Assembly: GCF_006345805.1 (NCBI RefSeq)
Contig: NC_043000.1
Span: forward strand, 110,856,001-110,920,000
Source: Octopus sinensis
Taxonomy: Eukaryota
Direction of reading: 5' to 3'
DNA length: 64,000 bases
The notes under the pieces were generated by a model that did no database searches, was not told where the DNA came from, and saw only the letters and a list, made by a program, of their open reading frames with translations. This document shows positions 27,080 through 40,224 of the stretch, in pieces; position 1 is the stretch's first letter, and each line of letters begins with the position of its first letter. A program made the position numbers and the translations under genes.

Positions 27080-28334
27080 TGGAGATATGATGTGATTGAG
27101 GAAACCTGGCAACTAAAGTGAGATTGCAGCCATGCATATCTGGACCTGTTCAAGAATACTCCTGATCCGTCGGGGATATGATATGCTTGAGAAAACCTGT
27201 TGAGTCAAGTAAAATTAATATTGTAGCTGGGGCCAGTACTCCCTGACTGACTCCCATATTGGTGGCATGTAAAAAGCATCATCTGGATGTGACAAATGAC
27301 AGGCCTGCCTGATTGGCTCCTGTGCTGGTGGTATGTAAAAAGTATCCACTACTCTCTCAGAGTGGTTGGCATTAGGAAGGGCATCCAGCTGTAGAAACTC
27401 TGCCAGATCAGACTGGAGCCTAGTGCAGCCTCCTGGCTTGCCAGTCTCCCAGTCAAACCGTCCAACCCATGCCAGCATGAAAAACGGACATTAATCGATG
27501 ATGATGATAATGATGTGTGTATATGTTTGTGTGTCTGTGTTTGTCCCCCCCCCCAATTGCTTGACAACTGATGCTGGTGTGTATAATGTAACATTAGCAG
27601 TTCAGGAAAGGAGACCGATAGAATAAGTACTAGGCTTACAAAGAATAAGTCATGGCGTCAATTTGCTTGACTAAAGGTAATACTCCAGCATGGCTGCTGT
27701 CAAATGACTGAAATAAGTAAAAGAATAAGATAAAAATAAAAATAAAAGAATTTCGTCGAAGAGTACACGAACTCCATAAATGTCCATTTTGTGTGTATCA
27801 TTCTTTGCAAGACAATATTATGACAGGCTGGATCAATGAGTGGGGGCTCCCATGTGGTAGTTCAAGATGCTAGAAACAACTCACAGATCTCTCTCAAATA
27901 AATACCCAAGCATCAAAGAATTAATTGTTAGATATGCCAAGGATGATCTCAGCTGGAACACCTTAGATCAAAGATTTGCTTACTTAATCAGGGCTGACCT
28001 GGGGCTAAACAGCAGCAACCACAATAACGATATATTATGACAGGTGTCCCTAATTAGAGACATGTTTATAAGCTCAACTAATTACCTTAGTGTACGAGTT
28101 TCACTTCATGGCTTAGAGTACTCCTTTGTCAATGGTCTTTGAATAAATATTGGCACAAGGCCAGAAATTTTAGGGGAGGGGTAAGTTGTTACATCGAACC
28201 AAGTATTCAACTGGCACTTATTCTATTGACCCCGAGAGGGGTAAAATGCTGTTGAGCATTTTGCCCAGCATGCTAACGATTCGGCCAGCTTTCCACCATG
28301 ATAATAATAATAATAATAATAATCTTTATGGCCA

Positions 28335-28634
28335 CATGCCTTTACAGTTGCATGCCTTCATAGCTGCAAACCATCATTGTTGCATGCTTTCATTAATGCA
28401 CACCTTCACAGCTGCAGGCCTTCTCAACCACATGGCTGCAGGCCTTCATTACTGCATACCTTCATGGTCGCACACCTTGACAGCTGCATATCTTCACAGC
28501 TACATGCCTTCATAGCCACAGGCCATCATTGTCACATGCTTTTACAGCTGCACATCTTCATGGCTGCATGCCTTCACAACCATATGCCTTCATGGCTACA
28601 TACCTTCATGGTTACATGTCTTCACAGCTACATG
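28335..28634. repeat. Degenerate 16-bp minisatellite (about 18 units)
   Basis: Unit approximately CATGCCTTCA(C/T)(A/G)GCT(G/A), e.g. CACACCTTGACAGCTG CATATCTTCACAGCTA CATGCCTTCATAGCCA. Confidence 0.85.
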
Positions 28635-29325
28635 AAGCATGACCTTTGAACATTGGGCCTTACCGAGGCAATGACTAGTGACTGAGACTTTGGAGATATA
28701 CTGCGCTTGAGCAGACCCGTGGCCTATGCCAGTGGGTGTAACCAGCCCACTTATGAGTACCCCTCATTCATTGAACAATAAGCTTTGCTTGCGAAGACCT
28801 GTTGAGGCAAGTGAAATCTAAATCAAAATTGTTGATGTGGCCAATGACAGTACCACCTGATTGGCACTTGTGCCAGTGGAATGTTAAAAGCACATCCGAT
28901 CGTGATCATTGCCAAGGCCTTGGATTGGCTTCTGTGCTGGTGGCACACAAAGAGCACAATCTGAGTGTGATCATTGCCAGTGTCACCTTACTGGCACATG
29001 TGCTGGTGGCACGTGAAAGACAACATTCGAGCATGTCCTTTGCCAGTGCGTCGGAATGGCTCCCGGGCAGGTAGCACATGAAAAACACCTTTTGAGCATG
29101 GCCATTGCCAGGACCACCTGACTGGCCCTCGTGCCAGTGGCATGTAAAAAGCACCCGCTACACTCTTGGAGCAATTAGCATTAGGAAGGGCATCTAGCTG
29201 TAGAAACTTTGCCAGATCAGATTGGAGCCTGGTGCAGCCTCCTGGCTCACCAGTCCTCACTCAAATTGTCCAACCCATGCTAGCATGGAAAGTGGACATT
29301 AAACAATGATGATGATGATGATGCC
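28631..29325 (+). mobile_element. 5'-truncated RTE LINE 3' end (ORF2 C-terminus plus 3' UTR with (GAT)n tail)
   Basis: Begins KHDL*TLGLTEAMTSD*DFGD, like an RTE ORF2 C-terminus with CGA>TGA decays. It continues into the UTR shared by many copies (AGGAAGGGCATC(C/T)AGCTGTAGAAAC...CCATGCTAGCATGG...AAACGATGATG). Confidence 0.7.
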
Positions 29326-31827
29326 TTCAGAGCTCCTTACCTTCACAAGTTAGTGTTAACAAATTTAATGTAGCAAGCATTAAAAATCTAATTAGGAATC
29401 ATTTGGCACCAAGGTAGAATATTAAGTCAATTACTAATATTATTTTAATCCTACAAATTTACTAAACAGTTCATGAAGGTGTATGACACAGTGGTTATGA
29501 TGTGGCACTCATGTGCACAAGGTCATTGTTTTGATTTTCAAACCAGGTGGCGCTTTGTGTTCTTGAACAAAATACTTCAATTCATGTTGACCCAGCCCAC
29601 TCAGCTGTAAAGGAACACTAGCAATAACTAGGAAGTTAACCCCCTGATGGACAGGGGTCCTATTCAGGTGCTGGGGGGGATTGTTGTAATTTCGGTCAGT
29701 TTTATACAACATGGAAACTGGATTAAGCTCCAGCTTTATGAGTTCCCAAACTCACGACAGACCGAAATCTAAAACCAAACAGTTTGGAGACTATTTGGAG
29801 TTTTACTCATGTGAAATATTAAGAGTTTATTATCCAGGGAATCTTTCACAATTTACACAACACTCTTTAAATTGTACTAAGTAAATTGTACTAAGTTGTA
29901 CTACCATTACCACTACTATTACTACCCACCACCACAAGTGAGAGTTTGGTGTCTTTGTAAAAAATAGTGTGTAGTAATGTGATGGTAATAAGATACAAAC
30001 CCACCAACTTTGCTTAGTGTAACTTTCCATTCTGTCTGCAGAGAAGCTTAACTTGGGAACAATGATCAAATTTCTTAGTTTTATGAATAATGAAAGCATT
30101 TAAGTAAAGGCTGTTGAAAATAATCTTAAACCATTACAGATTAAGGGAATTAAAACGTTTTTGCCTAGTGAGAGGGAGGAGTAGCAATGCCCATGATCTT
30201 ATCAGGGTCTTGGAGATCTTGAAAAGACTTGTGGTGGGGTGGGGAGGGAAGGACCTGCTCCAAATATTTACAATAGAATGAACTTTACTAAAGGAACCCA
30301 AGGACCAGTTGGTGGTGTTAAATTAAGTCTACCATTCTAAAATAGGAATGGTTCCTCCAGTAGAATTTCACAGTACTAATCCACCAAATTCACCCACAAA
30401 GTATTGGTTGATGCCATTTTATGGCCGCAGGCATTTGGCACAGTTTACTGTGCAAAGAGATCCAACCGGAAGCCATGTGCTTTAAACGTTGTTTAAACGA
30501 TTAGAGTTGAAACGGTTGTGTGAACTCATAACACTGACCATTGAGAAATCTTTAAAACGGTTCGGAATCAATGACTGTGAGAGGAAGCAGAGAATGAGTT
30601 TTGGTCTTACCCAGAAAATTGGCAACAAGTATTTTGTAGAGAGAGAGATTATACAGAATAATCAGAGTAAAGACAGACGAAATACCGCTAAGCATTTTGT
30701 CTGGTGTGCTAACGTTTCTGCCAGCTTGCTGCCTTTGACCTGATACATATAGGGTCACATTATCAGGATAGCAGGGTGTTATTTATGGCAGTTTTGACTG
30801 CTATATCTTGCAGGTTGAACAACCACATGCGGGGGACCCCACATTTATTACTTTGCTCTTGTGATTGTAGTGTTGCCGGTGGTGGTAAGTGGCAGTGGTG
30901 GTGGTGGTGGTGGTGCTGTTGCTGCTGGGCTGGCATGAGTGGTGAATGAAGTGGTTATACTATTACACTTACCACAGTTACTATTACTACTAGTAGCAAT
31001 GATGATGGTGAGTTAGTGGTAGTAGTAGTAGTAGTAGATTTATAAGTTTTCCTCACTAACTGTTGTTACATTTTACTCAACCACACAGGACCACCATCAT
31101 ATCAGCAGGGTGGTGGTGGCGGTGGCGGGGGGGAGTGAAAGTGCTGTTGTTTACATGGAAGCTTGGATATGTCTGTCACTGAGCTGTCAAAGACTGAAGA
31201 ACTGTCAGTAACAGAAATTCTATTAAGAAGCAAGTTCTTTCTTGTTTCTTCATAACTTAGAAATTGGTTTCAATTCCATTCCAGTCTGATGGAAACACTA
31301 AAAGCAATTTGATTGAACGAACGCCTTTGGAATAAATTTGAACTTTGTACATTTTCCATAATGTTTAGTTTACAATTATTGTTCCATGAGGAATTGCAGT
31401 GATTACAGAATTCATTAATCAAGGTTTGTGATTAGATTTTATTTGTTATCAGGTGTAGGCATGGCTAAGTGGTTCAGTTCCACTGTGTGGCACCTTGGGC
31501 AAGTATCTTCTACCACAGCCTCGAGCTAACCAAATCAGACTAGTTGTTTTGAGAAAATTTGGTTTAAATGTTTGACAACTCAGTACCGTCCATTAGACAG
31601 GGGGTGTTTTGCTCGTATATATATATATATATATATATATGCAGGTGGCACGTAAAAAGCACCCACTACACTCACGGAGTGGTTGGCGTTAGGAAGGGCA
31701 TCCAGCTGTAGAAACACTGCCAGATCTGACTGGGCCTGATGAAGCCTTCCAGCTTCACAGACCCCAGTTGAACCGTCCAACCCATGCTAGCATGGAAAAT
31801 GGATGCTAAATGATGATGATGATGATG

Positions 31828-31868
<41 letters not shown>

Positions 31869-32139
31869 TGGATAAGATTGGAGCCTGGTGCAGCCACTTG
31901 GTTCGCCAGTCTTAAGTCAAATGGTCCAACCCATGCTAGCATGGAAAGTGGACGTTAAACGATGATGATGATGATATGACAGGCTTCCACATACTTACCT
32001 TCTTCCAGATTCGTTAATCAACTTGGGACTATAGTAAAAGAAATACTTGCCCAAGGTGTGAAGCAATGGAACTTACGTGAAATGAGATGGCTACAAAGCA
32101 GACTTCTTATACACACAACAATGCTTGCATAGAAAAAAA

Positions 32140-32195
<56 letters not shown>

Positions 32196-33592
32196 TCTCT
32201 CTTTCTCTCATTATTTTAAAAGCTCTGGGCAGCCGTTTAATTTTGTGCTCTGTTGCCATCTGTAGCTGACCTTAAATCAATGAAGCTGTGACAATTAGCA
32301 ACATTTGAAATTACATCTCCCACTTCTCTGCTTGATTTTAAATTATTTTTAATTAATTACGATTCAAAGTGGAGGGCCATTGATGAGTGTGATGCGGGAG
32401 GGGGAGGGCCATTTAAATAGGGTCAAATAATGATCATCAAAATTGCTCCAATTGATTTTATCGTAAGAAATGTTGGAAGAAATTATTCTTAATTTTCTGT
32501 ATTGGAAATCACAAAACTCTTGTAATAGATTCTTGGCAAACTGAGTTGTTATGCTGTTGTGCGGTTGTGATGCTTGTTGCTGGTTGTGGAACAAGAGAGA
32601 AGAGTTTAGCTGGAAGCCAGGAGGAGATGATTGAGCAGTGATTTGGCCACCACTGTTGCTCCAACAGACCAGCGACACTGTTGTAGTTCAAGATCAAAGC
32701 ATCCAATGATCATGGGAGACTGTATGATGGCATGAATGTACATAAGTCAATATATTCTTTAATTTGTTTCAGTCATTTGACTGTGGCCATGCTGGAGCAT
32801 TGCCTTCAGTCAAGCAAATCAACCCCAGGGCTTTTTCTTTGTAAGCCTAGTACTCATTCTATCAGTCTCTTTTGCTGAACCGCTAAGTGACAGGGATGTA
32901 AACACACCATGAATTTCTCCAAAGATGAAAGAAAGAGAAGAAACATCTTGTTTAGGTGTCATCAGCACCTCACCTTCATTGATACTACCCTTGTTCTTGA
33001 AGAAGGGGCAGGGTTGCCACCCATCTTCTTTCTCAACCCCTATAGATCAATAACACTGAGTAACATTATTTTTATTATTTTTTGTCTTTGGTCAGTAAGT
33101 GTTATTTCCTATTTGTTTCTATTTAGAATTCAAAGGAAATGATAACTATTGCCTTCAAATTTTGATTTTGTGGCCTGGACATCAATATTTTGAAACTGAC
33201 CTATTTTCCATTACATCTCAGTGCTGGGTTGCTGAAGCAGAAATATTGTTTTAGCAAATATTCCATTCTATATTTTTGAGATGAGGAATTATGTACATTA
33301 TGTATGTGCCGGTGGCACGTAAAAAGCACCATCTGATCGTGGTTGATGCCAGTTCCTCTGGCCCCTGTGTCGGTGGCACATAAAAAGCACCCACTACATT
33401 CTCGGAGTGGTTGGTATTAGGAAGGGCATCCGGCTGTAGAAACACTGCCGGATCAGATTGGTGCCTGGTGCAGCCTCCTGGCTTCCCAGAACCCAGTGGA
33501 ACTGTCCAACCCATGCCAGCATGGAAAATGGACATTAAATGATGATGATGATTTACAATGGACGGATAGGTGTCCTCACCTTGTTTGTTGTT

Positions 33593-33637
33593 ATCACAAC
33601 ATTTTGGCTGATGTACTCTCCAGCCTTCATCAGACAT
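33593..33637 (-). ncRNA. Decayed hammerhead-like motif
   Basis: Minus strand reads GGAUGU-CUGAUGA-A-GGCUG-(10 nt)-CAGCC-AAAAU-GUU-GUGAU. CUGAUGA and a 5-bp stem II are intact; GAAAC appears as AAAAU, compatible with two CpG transitions; stem I has only wobble pairs. Confidence 0.35.
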
Positions 33638-34861
33638 CCTGGTGGAATTTTGAACCCAGACCTTTATTTGACTAATGGGACTTGGGAAATAATATCAACA
33701 ACAAAAAAAATAACATCAGCAAAAAGAAAAGATTACCTGAGGAATGAGAACAGAGTAAGCCATTAGTCAAATAAAGTACTAGGCTTACAAAGAATAAGTC
33801 CTGGGGTCGATTTGCTTGACTGAAGGCGATGCTCCAGCATGGCCGCAGTCAAAGGACTGAAACAAATAAAAGAATATATTAGCTTATGTACATTCTATAG
33901 CATTTTTGTATTCTATAGAATTTGAAAACTGCTCAGTTGTATCCTCAAGCAAGCCTTTCGACTCCTTCTGATACTGCATGTTTAGTTAAGCCAGCAATTA
34001 TATATTTAAAACCAAAAGTCCATCTCCTGGGACGTCAAGAAAATATATTTTTCTCTCCTCCACCACCAATCGATTCTTTCAGCAAACATAAAAATTTTGT
34101 GTATTTTCATCCAAGATGTAATAATCCCGGTGATAAAGAATGCATTTCTAGTTAAACCTCGCAGCTACAATATCAGGAATTTCTGGAAAAGACATTTCAT
34201 TGAATTCATTTAGATAATCTTCTGATATATTAAAGCATTTAGACTTAACAGATTTGTTGTTTGTTTTTCTAAAAGTAAATAAAATAAGCTAAAACAATTA
34301 GCGCCGCTATTTTCTGCTACACTTTCAATATACAAGTTCTGTGTAAATATACATATAAGATGGTTTAGTTCTTGTATGGAATTTATGTTTTCAAAATGGG
34401 TCTCTTAAGAAAATCATTTTTCTTTGAAGTTAGTGTCTACGAAAAAATGTATGTAGCATTTCTTTTTAATCTAATGGAATGGTTTTTTAATGTTAGGATT
34501 TTATATATTTTTTAAAGATAAATCAATTAAATTTACAAAAAATTTGTTAAGAAAAAACAACAATGGCAAGAAGAACAAGCAAAAACTAAACAACAAACTG
34601 TTTTTGTCTGCACACTTTATAGAACCACCAGAGATTTTAATCTGATTCCAAGAATATTAATTCATTTAGAAAATGTCTTTGATTCTCTCCATTGACCTGT
34701 CTTCACTTGGCATAAAGTCACCCCCCACCTCAATACTACTCCCCATTGCAGTTGAGGGGGCTTGTTTTACTAGTTGCTTGCTAACCTCACTGATGTTGGT
34801 GCTACATAAAAGGCAACCAGTACATTCTGTAAAGGGGTTGGCATTAGGAAGGGTTTCCTAT

Positions 34862-35089
34862 TTCTTTACGACCCACAAGGGACTAAACACAGAGGGGACA
34901 AACAAGGACAGACAAACGGATTAAACCGATTACATCGACCCCAGTGCACAACTGGTACTTAATTTATCGACCCCGAAAGGATGAAAGGCAAAGTCAACCT
35001 TGGCGGAATTTGAACTCAGAACGTAACGGCAGACGAAATACTGCTAAGCATTTCGCCCGGCATGCTAACGTTTCTGCCAGCTTGCCACC
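34862..35089 (-). mobile_element. tRNA-derived SINE, family A
   Basis: Reverse-complement match to 533-761. Confidence 0.85.
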
Positions 35090-35319
35090 TTAGGAAGGGC
35101 TTCCAGCCATATTAAAACCACGAGACAAACATTGGATCCTGCTAGCTCACCAGTCCCTGTTGAACCTTCCAACCCATGCTAGTGGAGAAAACTGTTATTA
35201 AATGGTAACGATGATGATGTCAAACAAACATTCTTTGTTTATTTTCCAGTAGTGTTAAGTAGTGATGCTGCAGACTCCTTCTTTGTAAGCTGTTGATGTT
35301 ACGTACATAATGCATGATT

Positions 35320-35833
35320 CATCATCATCATCATCATCGTTTAATGTCCGTTTTCCATGCTAGCATGGGTTGGACGGTTCGACCGGGATCTGAGAAGCCA
35401 GGAGGCTGCACCAGGCTCCAGTCTGATCTGGCAGTGTTTCTACAGCTGGATGCCCTTCCTAACGCCAACCACTCCAAGAGTGTGGTGAGTGCTTTTTACG
35501 TGCCACTGGCACAGGTGCCAGGGGAGGCTGGCAATGGCCACGATAGGTTGGTGCTTTTTACGTGCCACCGGCACGGAAGCCAGTCGAGGCTGCCCCGGCA
35601 ACAGCCATGTTTGGATGGTACTTTTTACGTGCCACCGGCACTGGTATCACAACTACAATTTCCATTGATTTTTTTTTGATCGATTTTGATTTCACTTGCC
35701 TCAACAGGTTTTCACAAGCAGAGTTTTGTGTCCAAAGAAGGAAAGGTATGCATAAGTGGACTAGCTACATCCCAGGTAAAGGCCATGGGTTATGCTCTCA
35801 CTTGTCCTGCTGGGTCTTCTCACACACAGCATG
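35320..35833 (-). mobile_element. RTE LINE 3' end with (GAT)n tail
   Basis: Starts with HAVCEKTQQDK* (ORF2 end), followed by the same 3' UTR, modular TGGCACGTAAAAAGCACC repeats and the tail. Confidence 0.75.
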
Positions 35834-36729
35834 ATTGTATGATTAAAATGTATAAAATATGAACTGAATTCTTTTTGACCAGAGAAAGGAATCTGAGAGT
35901 ACCAATTGTCTTTTATTGATTTCTTCTGTGAGATTTTCAGCTATTATTGATTTTTTTCAAAGTAAGGAAAATGCTTTGTATCGACAAAGAGAAATTTTGA
36001 ACTTGGGGCATTAGACATACCATGTTGAGGACCATTTTAAGGATTTTACCACTGAACAACAAAGCTTCTGTTGGAACTTCTGAGATGAGGAATTATCACA
36101 TTTTCATCATTTGCCATCATTGTTGCTTTAATGTCCATTTTTGTATTCATAATTACTTAGGCCTTATGGAATTTGTTGAGGTGGGTTTCTATGAACAGAT
36201 GCCTTTCCTGTTGTCAATCCTCACCTGTTTCCAAGCTCAGTAAACTTCTTAAAAGCACACAATCACACCTGTATCTATGCACCTATATAATGTATGTGTG
36301 TGTGTGTGTGGTGATTGCCACTTCTTTAGAGACCAAGGCCATCACTTCAATTGGTGAATGCTGTCATGAGATCTTGTATAACTAGCAAGTCCAACTTTGG
36401 ACAAATAAACCTTACTCAAATGTTACAAACATGTTCAAACGTGTATGTATGTAAATGTGTACATACATATAAATAACTGAAAAAAACTGGAGTCAGTAAG
36501 GTGGTGGTGGGGGTATGGTTGGACATTTATTTTTTAATGACTCCAATTTTTTCAATTACCTATTCACACATGACCGAAGCTCAAACGCAAACCTGATGTA
36601 CGTGTGATACTACCACTGGACAGCACAGGGTGAAATCTGAAGTTGGACGAGCTTTATACTGTATTCTACTAAGTTCTTAACAGAACATATCATAACTACG
36701 TGTATAGATATATATATATACACATATTT

Positions 36730-36791
<62 letters not shown>

Positions 36792-36989
36792 AATGTATAT
36801 ATATGTATATATAAATGTATATATAGTATATATATATGTATATATATATGTGTATATATATGTATATATATATATATGTATATATATATGTAATATATAT
36901 ATGTATATATATATGTATACATATATATATGTATATATATATATGTATATATATATATGTATATTATATGTATGTATATATAATATATG

Positions 36990-37031
<42 letters not shown>

Positions 37032-37232
37032 TATATGTATATATGTATGTATATATATATTGTATATGTATATATGTATTATAATGTATATATATATATA
37101 TATATGATATATGTATATATGTATATATGTATATATATATATATGTATATAATATGTATATATATATGTATATATATATGTATATAATATGTATATATAT
37201 ATGTATATATATATGTATATATATGTATATAT

Positions 37233-37287
<55 letters not shown>

Positions 37288-37352
37288 GTATGTAATATAT
37301 ATGTATGTATATGTATGTATATATATATTGTATATATGTATATGTATATATG

Positions 37353-37385
<33 letters not shown>

Positions 37386-37547
37386 GTATATATGTATGTA
37401 TATGTATGTATATGTATATATGTATATGTATATATGTATATGTATATATATGTATATGTATATATGTATATATATATGTATATATGTATATATATATGTA
37501 TATATGTATATATATATGTATATATGTATATATATATATGTATATAT

Positions 37548-37899
37548 GCGCGAGAAAGAAGCAACAAGAATGGATAGGTTTTTAGTACGATCGTTTCATA
37601 CAAGGACAGGTTTTATTAAAAGTTGCAAAGATTACAGCATATAAACGAGTCCCGTACTCATCAGCTAAAATACATGTAAGTTCTCTAGACATCCTAGTGT
37701 TTGAGGCTATACTCATGAAGTAATGTAGATAATTAAACAGATTTCTAAAGTTCATTAAAGTTCTTTAAAGATGATGTACAGTCTTATCACAGAATTTTAA
37801 AAAAGTTTTGATAGCATCACAGAGAAGGTGACCTAATCCATATGATTTCCATAGATATGATGAGGGATTATATACTCACAGAAGACAATTTATCCATTG
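37548..37899 (-). mobile_element. ~350-bp HHR-bearing module (putative Penelope pseudo-LTR or non-autonomous retrozyme-like unit), copy 1
   Basis: Non-microsatellite island between TA-rich arrays; carries the hammerhead near its 3' end on the minus strand. No RT or GIY-YIG ORF is visible, so the assignment is inference from the HHR type. Confidence 0.55.
37580..37670 (-). ncRNA. Type I hammerhead ribozyme motif, copy 1 (Penelope/retrozyme type, palindromic helix III)
   Basis: Minus strand reads UUUUAG-CUGAUGA-GUACGGGAC-(41 nt)-GUCCUUGUAU-GAAA-C-GAUC-G-UA^-CUAAAA. It has a 6-bp stem I, intact CUGAUGA and GAAA core, an approximately 9-bp stem II with G.U pairs and one bulge, the palindrome ACGAUCGU as helix III, and a GUA cleavage triplet (predicted cut between 37586 and 37585). 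Confidence 0.85.
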
Positions 37900-38334
37900 T
37901 GTATATATGTATATATGTATATATATGTGTATATGTATATGTGTATATGTATATGTGTATATGTATATATGTATATATATATGTGTATATGTATAATGTA
38001 TATATATATATATGTATATCTATATGTATATATATATGTGTATATATATGTGTATATATATGTGTATATATATGCGTATATGTATATATGTATATATATA
38101 TGTGTATATATATATGTATATATATATATATGTGTATATATATGTGTATATATATATATGTGTATATATATGTGTATATTTATATATGTGTATATATATG
38201 TGTATATATATGTGTATATATATATGTGTATATATATGTGTGTATATATATGTGTATATATATGTGTGTATATATATATGTGTATATATATATGTGTATA
38301 TATATGTGTATATATATTATGTATATATAATATG

Positions 38335-38368
<34 letters not shown>

Positions 38369-38684
38369 TATAATATATATATATATATATAATATATGTA
38401 TATATGTATAATGTATATATAATATATATATATGTATATATTATATGTATATATGTATATATATATATTATATGTATATATGTATATATTATATGTATAT
38501 ATATATATATGTATATATATATGTATATATTATGTATATATATGTATATATATGTATATATGTATGTATATATCTGTATGTATATATATATGTATATATA
38601 TGTTATATATATGTATATATATATGTATATATATGTATGTATGTATATATGTATTATATATATGTATTATATATATGTATGTAT

Positions 38685-38717
<33 letters not shown>

Positions 38718-38808
38718 GTATATATATGTATGTATATGTATGTATATATATATATGTATGTATATGTATATTATATATATGTATTATATATATATATATG
38801 TATATATG

Positions 38809-38841
<33 letters not shown>

Positions 38842-39003
38842 GTATATATGTATGTATATATATGTATATTGTATATATGTATATGTATATATATGTATAT
38901 GTATATATATGTATATGTATATGTATATATATATGTATATATGTATATATATATGTATAATGTATATATATATGTATATATGTATATATATATATGTATA
39001 TAT

Positions 39004-39356
39004 GCGCGAGAAAGAAGCAACAAGAATGGATAGGTTTTTAGTACGATCGTTTCATACAAGGACAGGTTTTATTAAAAGTTGCAAAGATTACAGCATATAA
39101 ACGAGTCCCGTACTCATCAGCTAAAATACATGTAAGTTCTCTAGACATCCTAGTGTTTGAGGCTATACTCATGAAGTAATGTAGATAATTAACAGATTTC
39201 TAAAGTTCATTAAAGTTCTTTAAAGATGATGTACAGTCTTATCACAGAATTTTAAAAAAGTTTTGATAGCATCACAGAGAAGGTGACCTAATCCATATGA
39301 ATTTCCATAGATATGATGAGGGATTATATACTCACAGAAGACAAATTTATCCATTG
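39004..39356 (-). mobile_element. ~350-bp HHR-bearing module, copy 2
   Basis: Matches 37548-37899 except for three single-A indels in short A runs (aattaaacag/aattaacag, tatgatttcc/tatgaatttcc, gacaattt/gacaaattt). Confidence 0.5.
39036..39126 (-). ncRNA. Type I hammerhead ribozyme motif, copy 2
   Basis: Identical to 37580-37670 over the motif, same orientation, offset 1456 bp. Confidence 0.8.
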
Positions 39357-39939
39357 TGTATATATGTATATATGTATATATATGTGTATATGTATATGTG
39401 TATATGTATATGTGTATATGTATATATGTATATATATATGTGTATATGTATATATGTATATATATATATGTGTATATGTATATATGTATATATATGTGTA
39501 TATATATGTGTATATATATGTGTATATATATGCGTATATGTATATATGTATATATATATGTGTAATATATATGTATGTATATATATGTGTATATATATGT
39601 GTATATTTATATATGTATATAATATGTGTATATATATATGTATATATTATATATGTGTATATAATATGTGTATATATATGTGTATATATATATGTGTATA
39701 TATGGTGTATATATATGTGTATATATATATGTGTGTATATATATATGTGTATATATATGTGTATATATATGTGTATATATATGTGTGTATATATATGTGT
39801 GTATATATATTGTATATATATGTGTGTATATATATGTGTATATATATGTTGTATATATATATGTGTATATATATATATGTGTGTATATATGTGTATATAT
39901 ATATATTATATGTATATATATGTGTGTATGTATATATGT

Positions 39940-40017
<78 letters not shown>

Positions 40018-40038
40018 TATGTATGTATATATATGTAT

Positions 40039-40076
<38 letters not shown>

Positions 40077-40191
40077 TAAGTATATATATGTATATATGTA
40101 TGTATATATATATAAGTATATATATGTATATATGTATGTATATATGTATGTATATATATATGTATATATATGTATATATATGTATATTATG

Positions 40192-40224
<33 letters not shown>

